This document shows positions 11,870 to 23,566 of a stretch of DNA of 64,000 nucleotides, one piece after another. A program made the translations under genes and the position numbers. The DNA is from Massalongia carnosa. Lineage: Eukaryota. The stretch lies in the NCBI GenBank assembly GCA_965645245.1, contig OZ287077.1:248001-312000 (forward strand). Reading direction: 5' to 3'. Positions within the stretch are counted from its first letter, which is position 1. Every line of letters begins with the position of its first letter. The notes beneath the pieces are model-generated. The model searched no databases and had not been told where the DNA came from. It saw only the letters and a list, made by a program, of their open reading frames with translations.

Positions 11870-13619
11870 ACTTACCGACTTGCGAGAAGCCTTCAGGCCT
11901 AGACCAAAGACTCGATCAAAAGCGAAAGCGATCACAAGGGGTTGAAGATCTAGTCCCTCAAACTAAGGGTCAGCCCCTTGATCTAGAGAGAAAGACTTTC
12001 ACAAGGGAGACTGAAGAACATCATCAGCTACCATCACCATCAACAAACAACCCACACCAGCAATCATCTGAGAAGAAAAGGAGGAGAGCTGTTTCCCCAG
12101 AATCGCGCTCGGAGGAAGTCAATAATCGCTCTCCGGAAAGGCGAAAGGCCTTACGGCAAACACCACAACAATCAGGTACGAGTACATACAGTCCCATTTT
12201 TGAGAGGCCTGAAGAAGGGCACAAAGCCTCAGAAAGCGAAGAGGAAGAGAAAGACGATCCTATCAGCTATTGGACCGCGAACCATACCTGGCCCGACAAC
12301 TTTGCAGAGCCCCGTGCAATGTCTTTTTCGAATAGCACCAACAAACGACAGCGAACGTCGGATCGTTCTCAAAGCGGCAAGGATGGAAAATCCCGGAGCT
12401 ATTCTCAGAGCCGTAAAGATGGAGATGCCCCGCAGCAATATACCAAATCGTACGAAAATTACATTCTTACACAAGGTCTGGACATGGATGATTACAAAGG
12501 CGAGAAACTTGTTTCTCTAGACAGCAAAGTGACTTGCAACGATCTTCAAAAGTTGACATACATGGCCATCTCTCCTACTGTTTATTCCAAGGTCGAAACA
12601 CTAGAGGTGGTCAAACTCTGCCGAAACCGAGATGAAGCAATGATAAACCGAGATGTTACACCGTTGATTGTGCCGCCAATCAAAGCACTCTATCTCAAGA
12701 ACGGAGTAAACCAGTTCGAGCATTTTACCGATGAGGTTAGCACGCAGTGGCATAAGAGTTGGGTTCTCGCAGGGCCTCGGCCTAAACCTGACCTGGCCGT
12801 TGGCTTTATCTCTTCTGCTTTTACAATAGCAGAAAATGAAAAATTGACCAACTATACATCCTTTGAAAAGTTAACGCGACCAACTGATGAAATGTGTTTC
12901 CCGTTCCTGATGTGCGAGGTCCAGTGTGGCAACTGGTCACTTGACTATGCTGACAGGCAGAAAAACATGCACAGCTGCAGTGTGGCGGTCAAGGCGCTTC
13001 TCAAGCTCGAGCAAAAGGCGGATCAGTACCGAGAGGACAAGCAATTCGAGAGCTTGCTTGGCAAGATCGTTGTCTATTCTATCTCACACGATCAAAAAGA
13101 TGCCCGCCTCTACGGGCATTATGCCTTGGTTGAAGAAGAAAAATGGACGTATTATCGCCTTCATATTCGGCATTTCGACATTGCACACGAGGAGAGGGAC
13201 CTGCTGTCCCTCCACAATTTTGCTCGCAATATCCTAATGATACATGCTTCAAAACTGTTGAAACGGCTTCAGAAAGCAATCGCAGTTCTCCCGATCTCAT
13301 CTACGCTATCATTCTCTGCAGGTACGATGAACTTGGAGGATGACTCGCGAGGCTTCCAACAACCCTCGCGGGTCGAGATGCCGAAGGTTTCGCGAGTCCC
13401 GTTCTTCCTGCCAGCGCCCAAAAACTGTTCGACGAGCAAAAGGAGCAGATGGACAAGCTCCTTCAGCAAATGGAACGGCAAAGGGAGGAGAACAAGGAGA
13501 AGGAGGAAAGGCAGAGGAAAGAGAATAAGGAGCAGATGGATGAGCTAAAGAAGGAAAAGGATGAGCTGAGGGAGCAAATCAAGGGACTCATGAACATACT
13601 CAAACAGACGAAGAGCTAG
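11870..13619 (+). CDS. PD-(D/E)xK-like nuclease-fold protein (DUF7924-like) with C-terminal coiled coil, copy 1
   Basis: The open frame extends upstream of 12319 to an acceptor at ~11869. Motifs PKPDLAVGF and FPFLMCEVQCG...ADRQ. A 1-nt frameshift near 13370 precedes the coiled-coil tail (TAG at 13617-13619). First exon uncertain. Confidence 0.7.
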
Positions 13620-14030
13620 ATTTAGAATACTGGATGCTCATCCGGCTTGGTAGATAGGTATGTGGATTGTTTCGTGAACCATATTTTTAGAATCTAGGAA
13701 TGATCCTAGAATCCTGACATGGTAGGTAGTCTCCGACGAGAGGGTTGAGAGATGCAGTTACAGGGAAGAAGATGGGATAGGAACAGGTATTATCAGATCT
13801 CTTAGAACTTTGATTCCTGTCAAGCTTAGTATTGCTCTGAAGTAGCTAGAGACTATCTAGTGTATGCTATGAGTATTAACATGAGTTGATTCTGGACGTC
13901 TCATAATGGCGATCTTCAGCTACCTTATATACGTGAGGTTCAATGAACCATTCCCATGTGAACCCTTGACCGATATATTCAATAAGCATATCACGTGACG
14001 TATGCGACGCCAAGACTTACGGCTATTAAC

Positions 14031-15162
14031 TCAAACGTCCCCAAACCACCTATGTGCCAATGCCTCGTGCGCCGTGAGCCTCTTCGCTGGATCAACGTTC
14101 ATCAAACCACCAATAAGATCTTTGAAGTCCGTGTCTACGCCTTTCCACAAAGAGAACAGCTTATGCGGGTTAGCCGTGTTAAAGCTGTCTTGAATAACTT
14201 TAAGAACTTCGCATCAAGGACTGTCGCCAAGATGCTTCAAGAGCCCATTCAGTCCGTCCTCGTCCGCAAAATAAGAGATCTGGCGCTTGAGGACGACTGC
14301 TAATGGCTCCTCGCCGTCAGCCAGCTTCTCTTCGTCGACGGCGAAGATGACTCTCTTAAACACTGCGTAAATGCACTGCATGACGACACTAGTGAACAGC
14401 CACTCTAAAATACGAGGGATGGTAGATGACTTACAACAACACCGAAAGAGAATATATCGGAGTACTTAACGCGGCCTTGAGCATGTGCTTCCGGGCTCCG
14501 CCACACTCAGTTGCCCATCTGTTTACCGGTGACATCGCTTCCAGGAGGTATATATGCAGCGTCTTCAATATCGGCGAGCTGAACCTGTTCAACAACCACT
14601 CCGTGATGATCCTTCTTCCGCTCGACCAAGATATTATTCGCTTTGCTATCTGCAGAGTATCAGCCCCATAAACAGAAGGAGCCTAGTTTATCAGAATGAA
14701 CAATGTTCTGGTCGTGCAGCGCCGCAAGTCCGCGTAATGTGTCTTTGAGGATTTGTTTTATAAGCGCGATCGATAAGTCCTCTCGGGCGAGGCCTAGAAA
14801 ATCGTCTATGAAGTATTTGTAAACAAATATCGACCGCTCCGGGATCGTGTCTTAAGATAAGCGGAGATAAGTGCCAGTTGCGCAGGCAGTAGTACATATC
14901 CTGAAAATGCTTGAAATCAGACTGGGAGACGTCTTTCAATATAAATTTCTTGTTTTTAGCGCTAGGTCGACAGAGGCTAGCAAGTTAAATAGCGTCAGTT
15001 GTCGAGTTTCAGGAGCACGTACATAGCAAGACAGACGCGGCGCAGCGGATTTCCTTTCTCTTGGAGGACTCGCTGGATGATATAACGATGGCCGGACTGG
15101 CCAACCAGCTCCGTGGTCGTAGACGCGTTCTTCTGTTAGGCATGGACTGTTACTGATGTCAT
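14031..15162 (-). pseudogene. Ser/Thr protein kinase pseudogene
   Basis: LRGLAALHDQNIVH, KANNILV, LADIEDA, WRSPEAH, DIFSFG and DPAKRLTAHEALAHRWF across introns; several premature stops. Confidence 0.85.
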
Positions 15163-15498
15163 TTTACTGTTAGGACGACGAAGTCGGATGAAAGGGCTTG
15201 TAGCGGAAGAAGGCGTTAGCAAACCGAACGTTGAAAATTGAGCCACACCTAAGTACGTTCGGTTTTGCTAGAGGCGAGAACGAGCGTGATAGAGACATCA
15301 AAGCGATAAAAGGTCTAAATTGAACGAAGTGTACGTATGGTAGTCAGAGCAATCTCTCAATCGCCCTATCTCCAGCCCTCCGATAGCATAGACTAGGGCA
15401 TGAGATGCAAAGTAGCCCAGGCAACAGCATAGGTAGCATCAGGCACGATGAAGCCTTTCACTGTACACCAAAGTTGTTCATACTATCGTCGTTATATA

Positions 15499-16388
15499 TG
15501 TTGGAATACTCGCTTAGCCCCATTAGTTCTAGCTCAGCCCTGCAGGCTACCATGACTGCTATAAGCAGTCACCTCCGTAGTAATTTCAACATTATGCCGT
15601 CAACTGTTTATTTAACAGGTTATGAGTCCCGGGTTTGTGCTTTGCGCCCCTCCGACGGCATCCTTCATGCATAGACTACGTACTATCATGTCGTATCAAG
15701 AAGATGATGAGGTGAAAGTTCAGACGTGGAAAGCGCGAAAACGAAGTGGAAACGACATCGAAAGGGATGAGAAACGAAGCGGAAACGAAGCGGAAACGTC
15801 ATCGAAAGTGGTGTACGTACGAAACGTGCTGAGGAGGACATCTACAACGGGCGGTGCCTCGAAGACTTCACATCTTGCATTACTGGTCAGATCAGCAAGG
15901 GGAGATAAAAGCCCTGCGATCAGGCCACCAACGTCAATGGTCTGCGGGAAAATGTCTAACAGAGACATCGAGAAAAGCCCTGCTCAGGCCATCAATAAAA
16001 CACGTCCATAGTACTCTTCCCATCCACCCATACACTCACAAAAGCTACGTCTCGAGAGATGGTTATGGGTTTAATGAGGCTACAAAGCAGGACAACAAAA
16101 GACATAAGAAAGAACTACGTGCTTAGGGAAAATGGAGTCAGAGGGAGCTAGATTCGTTCCGCAAGGGGAGCGAATCGGACACAGCTGGATGAATCACTTC
16201 GCAAGGGGAGTGATAAAAGCTGGATAGTTCAATTTTGGAGGCGAAAGGGGAGCCACGCTCGAAGGGGAGTGTTGGAATACTCGCTTAGCCCCATTAGTTC
16301 TAGCTCAGCCCTGCAGGCTACCATGACTGCTATAAGCAGTCACCTCCGTAGTAATTTCAACATTATGCCGTCAACTGTTTATTTAACA
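15499..16388 (+). mobile_element. Non-autonomous copia-type LTR element (TRIM), 890 bp
   Basis: Identical 119-bp LTRs at 15499-15617 and 16270-16388, ATATA TSD, PBS GGTTATGAG, PPT GAAGGGGAG; no pol. Confidence 0.95.
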
Positions 16389-16459
16389 ATATACGCTATA
16401 AGTCTTGACTAATCAGCCTTGCGTACGTAGCCACCGAGCTTTCTATTGCTCAGTATTCA

Positions 16460-16800
16460 GCCCGTCCTGTTTGTTGGATTTCTGGACTTACTCGAGCGCA
16501 TGGGGAATGGAAGGCAAATCCGCGATGTAGGACACCAGCGGTGAGGGGGGGGGAGGATCGGTGATGGCGGTAGACATCTCCACCGACGTGCTGACCTCCG
16601 CCCACCGCATCGTGCAGGCGGCGGGCTTCGTGGGCCAGATCGAGCTGCTGCAAGGCAATTTCATGAACTTGACCGGCATCCCGCAGCACCACCATATTGG
16701 GGGTCCCCTAAGCAGTTCGACGCCATTGTGAGCTTCTGGGCCTTCTCCATCACTTCATCCCCCCCTGGACTGTTAGGTTGCGCTGCTCCGCCAATGACGG
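16460..16800 (+). pseudogene. SAM-dependent methyltransferase fragment
   Basis: GGSVMAVDISTDVL...IELLQGNF...QFDAIVSFWAF; stop and frameshifts. Confidence 0.6.
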
Positions 16801-17149
16801 CGCTACCTGCCCCCCAGGGCGCGTGGTTCTCGAAGGATCTTTGACTTGACAAGTGGAGATGCCGAGCGATGTAGAACATATGTTCTGCAATCGGCATACA
16901 TCGCTCGAGATAGGGAAAAGTTTTTCATTCCGCTCCTTCGATCATTGCAGTCGTTTCTTCTCTATACTGTGAGATGTACACCATGCGCAAGAACTTCTCG
17001 ACATTAGACAAGGTTCCACGAGCAATCAAGTCATTGTCAATGAATGTTCTAAAATTAGACCCTCGAAAGAAGCGGGGTTATTCTTAATCACATGATAGTC
17101 AAAAGTCAAGCCTAAATCTTTCTCTGTTTATTTCATTGTTTCAGCGATT

Positions 17150-17245
17150 TGCCATGTTGAGCATGAGCAAGCAGATTGATGCAGCTTTCATCCTTAATGT
17201 ACTTCTTAACCAGATTCTTGACTAATCTATCAAGTAATGTCTTTT
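17150..17245 (-). pseudogene. Possible dynamin-like GTPase fragment
   Basis: RLVKNLVKKYIKDESCINLLA resembles the segment after dynamin G3; very short. Confidence 0.3.
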
Positions 17246-17961
17246 CCTTAACTTCGGGGACAATAATGATTCTAAACAGATCTTATCTAAATGTCAACCT
17301 TTCACATGAATTCAGGAAGGATGAAAAAGGCTGTATTCTGTATGTGGGAAATGCCCACATCTAGCTACCTATATAGAAGGGAAAAGGGGTCATGGCAGCA
17401 ACGATATTAACCCCGGCAAATTGAGGGGTAAAGGTGTGGAAGAAATGGCGTAGCTTAGCGGCATCTGCCGCGACAGGGGGTCGAGGATCGGCGATGAGAA
17501 TCGACCACATTCAGGTTTGACACTAAATCAGATGCCTGTGATGACTGAAGTAAATCATTTGAAGAAGCTGAAGTTTCTGACCCCCATAACAGGAATTTTT
17601 GGGGAAAAGAGACCCTATACCGCAGCTAAGCAGGTATCGAGTGTATATATATCATAAGAAACATAAAGGGGTGGTCAATGTATGATATATAATATAAGAT
17701 GGGAAACAAGAAAATAAAGAAAGAAATAGAATAACATCCACGAAGCAGTAGAAGCCCGCCAGCGACGAAGTAACAGATGACAGTAAATGGAGAGCGAATG
17801 GATAGCAAATTAAGTGGACAGCAGATTAAGTAGTAGTTGGACAACAAATAAAGTAAGAATTTAATTAATCAAGCAACAGGTATATAATACATGAATTGAC
17901 AAATGCACTACTTCACCTGCTGTTCATCTGCTGCTTCGTTTACTACTTCACCTGTGCCTAC

Positions 17962-18238
17962 TGATGAATATGATGAAATTCACGTGTAGGTATAATAGCA
18001 TGATTGTCATTGAAGGTAATTATCTATGTGGGCTATCGACCTGCTTTTATAGCAGTCACAAAAAGCAGTCACATAACAGTGATGCTTTAGACCTCCCATA
18101 GCTGCCTGTTAGGCACCTCCATAACTGTCTATTAGGCACCTCTTATAGGTGCCTGGCAGGTACCCGTGGGACTCACGATGGATGCCTATACTAGTGGAAG
18201 TCTGACCATCTAACCGATGGTAGCCTTACCATTTAACA
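17962..18238 (-). mobile_element. Solo LTR, family A
   Basis: TG...CA termini; CCTAC TSD at 17957-17961 and 18239-18243. Confidence 0.9.
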
Positions 18239-19049
18239 CCTACCTTAGGATAATCGTTTCAACGATAGACGTATTAATAGTGTTCCTACATACCACTGAG
18301 CGAAGTTTCCCTCGCCGCCAGCTCGCCTTCGCTGGCTGTTGCTTAGATATGCTGAAGGGGAATTGCTCTTTGTGCTCTGCTCTCTGGCCTGTGGGGCTGG
18401 TCTAGCACCTGCTTGAGTTGAGCGAGGATCGTGAGGCCGGAGTTACAGGGACGATTTTTATACGTGTTTCGCGAGTTCGACGATGAAGGAATCGGCCATA
18501 CCAGTATCATGGGCCACACCTGTTATGCCAGCATGGAGGCCATCTTGGTGGCCATGCCATACCCCCAAAAACAAACAACTAAAAACGGCACGCAACAATC
18601 AACTCGGATCTAGGATCTTCACTAGATACATTGGGTTTAGCCTACTATCTAGCGTGAGCTAATTCCAGACCCAACTCCAGCATCAATACCAGCTCCAGCA
18701 TCAACATCAAACGCTCTAGCTCCAGTATCAGCTGCCCCAGCACCGTGATTGTGGGTTTGCACGTACTTCCCCTGCGCGTAGTCCCTACGGTAGCTCGGAA
18801 AATAACAGTGGGGGATACTCCTCCGACATGGTGCACGCTCAGCCGGATCAGTCTACGACGTCACCTCGCCTCTTCCCCTTGCGCGTACTCAGTTTTAGAA
18901 AGTTCACCTATGCAGAATTTAGGTTGGCGATGACAGTCTAAGAGATCTGAATCCCTAAGGAGACTAAGTCCACAGGAGCTATTATACCTTACGAGCTCCA
19001 GGTCCTTACGATAATGCTCTTAGGGGTGATTTCAGATAGGTAAAAGACA

Positions 19050-20367
19050 CTATCGCTCAAGGTCCAAGAGATTTGTTGGCCACTCAGCGGGGTTCTGATT
19101 AACAAAGGCTTTTGCCTGTTCTCTGAAATCAATGCATATGCAGCGGATTCTGAGGTTGAGACGCGCCTCAACAGCAGCAACAAATTTCTCGCAATCAAGA
19201 CACATTTTCCTGCTAAACAATATCGTTGCTTTACGCAGGGATACAGGCGGCTGCGCAAGGTAGAGTCCCTGAAGAAAGGCTGTAATCGTTCTGCTGTCAA
19301 TCTCATATTGGGCCATTTCCAAGACTTCGTCATCGAGAAAGACGTGCTTGCTGAAAAGATAGGCTATCAACTGTTTCTCGGCGTGAGAGGCAAAGAACTT
19401 CCCCGGACGCCTCTGATCGATTTCAGGACTTGCTGGTAGTTGGTGCTCAACTAACCGACATATTCGGAAGACCTCTTCAGTCCAGTCTCCCCGCTAACCG
19501 TGGTCAATCCTCTTCATGGTGGCCACATCCGCTCATAGCGTCGACCGGTGGGAACGGAAGCCCTCTGTCCAGTCGGGCTATAGTCTTGGATTGCCTAGAG
19601 ATAGTGAAGCTCTTGATTGGCGCAGACAGTTCTATTGACGAGGTTTGAGGTGATTGATGGAAAGAAAATTGGGAATAATCCGGATCAATAGAATTTGCTG
19701 TGCGAAGAGGGATCAGAGACGGGGCGGATTGATTTTGGAGCAACTGGACAATTGCTTTGCGCTCCTTATCGGCGTTGTAGGTATGTTCCTTGTAGACTGC
19801 ACCAACTCTTCTATCTCTTTCATCAGAATTTCTGTCACTGGGAGAAGCAAGGTTGGAAGCTGTGCGTCCATGGTGATCGCTAAGAGTCCTGTCTGCACCA
19901 TGTCCGAGTAAAACTTGGGCGTTCTCAGCCCTACCCCATAGAGCGGCTTCCATTAATAGAGTCCTTCCTCTCCTATTACGTCCATTGACTTTGGCACCAT
20001 TATCCAACAGAAGAGCCACCATGCTTGGTGATCTTTCTGCAGCGGCGTAGTTTAAAGTCGTGTCTCCATTCTCATCCATGCCCTGTATGAATATATGCTG
20101 CTCGGCTGTTGTCTTGAGGTAATTCTCTACTTCTCTGACGTGACCAAGGATGCAGTCGGATATAGTGTAGTCAATTATCTTCTGCGAGAGTGTACCGTCC
20201 GGATCAGTTGAATTGTGGCCAGGTAGTATGAAGATTGTCATTTCTGTGGCATCGTTGAAGGAGGCTGATTGCTCATATTCGTCCATGAGATTCAAATTTG
20301 ATGCTAGACTTCCAGCAAGCTTTGTAATTTTTTCGGGTTCTGGGTCCTGCGGAATTCCTACAGTCAC
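19050..20367 (-). pseudogene. Ankyrin-repeat protein with C-terminal DYW/SsdA-like Zn deaminase domain, frameshifted
   Basis: Ankyrin repeats (GDTTLNYAA, GRTLLMEAALWG, GRTASNLA). Then AMSG, DWTEEV, SHAEKQL and SRKMCLDC. Two 1-nt deletions at ~19490-19508. Confidence 0.8.
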
Positions 20368-20670
20368 GAATCTCCCCCTTTACTTATCAATCTCGTATGC
20401 CACATGCTGTGTTGTTCGACTAAACGGAAAGCTGAATTGATCTGATAATACCTGTTCCTATTCCACCTTCTTCCTTATAACTGCATCTCTCAACTCTCTC
20501 GTCGGAGACTGAACAACCCGTAGGCCGTAGGGAAGAACTTCGTTTTTCACTAAGAAGCACGTACCTATCATGTCAGGATTCTAGAATCATCACTAGATTC
20601 TAAAATTATGGTTCACGAATTAATCCAGGTAACTATCAGCTCGGCCGGATGAGCACTAAGTATTCTAAAC

Positions 20671-22517
20671 CTAGCTCTTCTTTTGTTTGAGTATGTCTAT
20701 GAGCTCCTTGATTTGCTCTCTCAACTCATCCTTTTCCTTCTTTAGCTCATCCATCTGCCGTTCCATCTCCTCCCTTTGCCTTTCCTCCTTCTCCTTGTTC
20801 TCCTTCCTTTGCCGTCCCATCTGCCGTTCCATCTCCTCCCTTTGCCTTTCCCCCTTCTCCCTGTTCTCCTCCCTTTGCCGTTCCATCTGCTGAAGGAGCT
20901 TGTCCATCTACTCCTTTTGCTCGTCGAACAGTTTTTGGGCGCTGGCAGGAAGAACGGGAGCCGCAAACCATTCGGTATTTCGACCTTGCGGGAGTTGTTG
21001 GAAGTCTTGCTGTGGGCCGTCCTCCAAGCTCATCGTACCTGCAGAGAGTGATAGCGTAGATGAGATCGGGAGAACTGCGATTGCTTTCTGAAGCCGTTTC
21101 AACAGTTTTGAAGCATGTATCATTAGGATATTGCGAGCAAAATTGTGGAGGGACAGCAGGTCCCTCTCCTCGTGTGCAATGTCGAAATGCCGAATATGAA
21201 GGCGATAATACGTCCATTTTTCTTCTTCAACCAAGGCATAATGCCCGTAGAGGCGGGCATCTTTTTGATCGTGTGAGATAGAATAGACAACGATCTTGCC
21301 AAGCAAGCTCTCGAATTGCTTGTCCTCTCGGTACTGATCCGCCTTTTGCTCGAGCTTGAGAAGCGCCTTGACCGCCACACTGCAGCTGTGCATGTTCTGC
21401 CGGTCAGCATAGTCAAGTGACCAGTTGCCACACTGGACCTCGCACATCAGGAACGGGAAATACATTTCATCGGTTGGTCGCGTCAAGTTTTCAAAGGATG
21501 TGTAGTTGGTTAATTTTTCATTTTCTGATACCGTAAAGGCGGAATGGAGGAAGCCAATGGCCAGGTCAGGTTCAGGCCGAGGTCCTGCCAGAACCCAACT
21601 CTCATGCCACTGCGCTCTAACTTGATCAGTAAAATCTTTGAAAATATTTGCTTCGTCCGTTAGATGTAGTGCTTTGATTGGCGGCAAAATCAGCGTCGTA
21701 ACATCTCGGCTTACCATTGCTTCATTTGCAATCTGGCAAAGGTCGATCACCTGGAGTATTTTGTCCTCGGAATAAACAGTAGGAGAGATGGCCACGCATT
21801 CCATATTTCGAAGATCTTGGCAAGCCGCCTTGCTGTCTGGAGAAACAAGTTCTCTGCCTTTGATATAAGTCATGTCCAGACCTTGTGTGAAAATGTACTT
21901 TTCGTACGATTTAGTATATTGAGTATATTGCTCCGGGACATTTCCATCCTTACGGCTCTGAGAATAGCTCCGGGATTTTTCATCCTTGCTGCTTTGAGAA
22001 TGATCCGACGTTCGCGGTCGTTTGTTGGTATTGTTCGAAGACATTGCATGAGACTCTGCAAAGTTGTCGGGCCAGGTATGGTTCGCGGCCCAGTAACTGA
22101 TAGGATCGTCTTTTTCTTTCTCTTTCTCTTCGCTTTCTAGGGCTTCGGGCCCTTGTTCCAGCCTCTCAAAAATGGGGCTGTTTTTTTCAGGTACAGTTTT
22201 CTGGAACTGCACCGTTTGCGGTGTTTGCCGTAAGGCCTTACATCTTTTCGGATAGCGATTATTGGTTTCCTCCGAGCGCGGTTTTATGGAAAAAATACTC
22301 CTCCTTTTCTTCATAGATGATTGCTTGTGTGAGTTGCTTTTTGATGGTGATGGTAGCTGATGATGTTCTTCGTTCTCCCTTGTGAAAAGTTTTCTCTCTG
22401 GATCAATGGGCTGGTCCTTAATTTGAGGGACTAGATCTTCAGTCCCTTGTGGTCGCTTTCGCTTTTGACTGGGTCTTTGCTCTGGGCCTGAAGGCTTTTC
22501 ACAAGTCGATAAGTTCT
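20671..22517 (-). CDS. PD-(D/E)xK-like (DUF7924-like) protein, copy 2, inverted paralog of copy 1
   Basis: ORF 20908-22314, extendable upstream. In-frame TAG at 20908 (CAG in copy 1) precedes coiled-coil ORF 20671-20907. Copia inserted in its upstream/intron region. Confidence 0.75.
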
Positions 22518-22979
22518 GTGAGCACTTTCCTTAGGATTAGGTTTCAATAGATAACATTATGTTGGATACCAACCTATGGCGCTAGACATTATTATGGTCA
22601 CGTGTAACAGTAGACCTATTCCGGTATGCGGCACGCATCCTGGACTAGGAGGATTTCAGACCTTAGAAGTAGAGTCATAGAATCATTAATATAACAACAA
22701 TGAATAACCTCATACTTCTACAGGTTATGAGCCCGGCCAGCGCATAAGCTCATTAATCTTCGCTAGCGACAGGCCACAAATACCCCACACCCCCCAGAGC
22801 AAAGCACCTAGAACGAAGAACTTCCTACCCGAAAAGGAGGAATGGTGTGAGGCGGGAGGGTTAAGACCACTTGGCTACCAAAAGGAGCCAATTCTGAAAT
22901 GGCGGTGTGGAATCAAGCCAATGCGCCTGACCACCTACCACAATAGATAGGAAGAGTGCTACGCCCACGTACTGAAAGG

Positions 22980-23490
22980 ATACGAAGTAGAACGCTCATA
23001 TACCAAAGGCTACGAGGCAAACGCTCACATACCAGACGGCTACGAGGCGAAGACGCTCATACGAAGCAGAACGCTCACATACCGAAGGCTACGAGGCGGA
23101 GAACTTGCTCATATACCAAAGGTTACGAAGCGAAGACGCTCACATACCAGACGGCTACGAGGCGAAGACGCTCATACGAAGCAGAACGCTCACATACCGA
23201 AGGCTACGAGGCGGAGAACTTGCTCATATACCAAAGGTTACGAAGCGAAGACGCTCACATACCAGACGGCTACGAGGCGAAGACGCTCATACGAAGCAGA
23301 ACGCTCACATACCGAAGGCTACGAGGCGGAGAACTTGCTCATATACCAAAGGTTACGAAGCGAAGACGCTCACATACCAGACGGCTACGAGGCGAAGACG
23401 CTCATACGAAGCAGAACGCTCACATACCGAAGGCTACGAGGCGGAGAACTTGCTCATATACCAAAGGTTACGAAGCGAAGACGCTCGCAT
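22980..23490 (+). repeat. 115-bp tandem repeat (~4 copies plus a degenerate one) in the copia 5' leader
   Basis: Units start at 23041, 23156, 23271 and 23386. Confidence 0.95.
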
Positions 23491-23566
23491 ACCACAACAG
23501 CTACAAGGCAACCCACCTTCCTACAACCCAAAGGCGTTGAGAACTCTTCGCCCAAAAAACCACAAA

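Noticed and set aside
20510..20565. Intron-like segment in the 3' flank of paralog 2 that is absent from paralog 1 (retrocopy?)
   Set aside because: The loss is not precise at the splice sites.
22980..23490. CRISPR-like array
   Set aside because: No unique spacers; a pure tandem repeat inside a eukaryotic retrotransposon.
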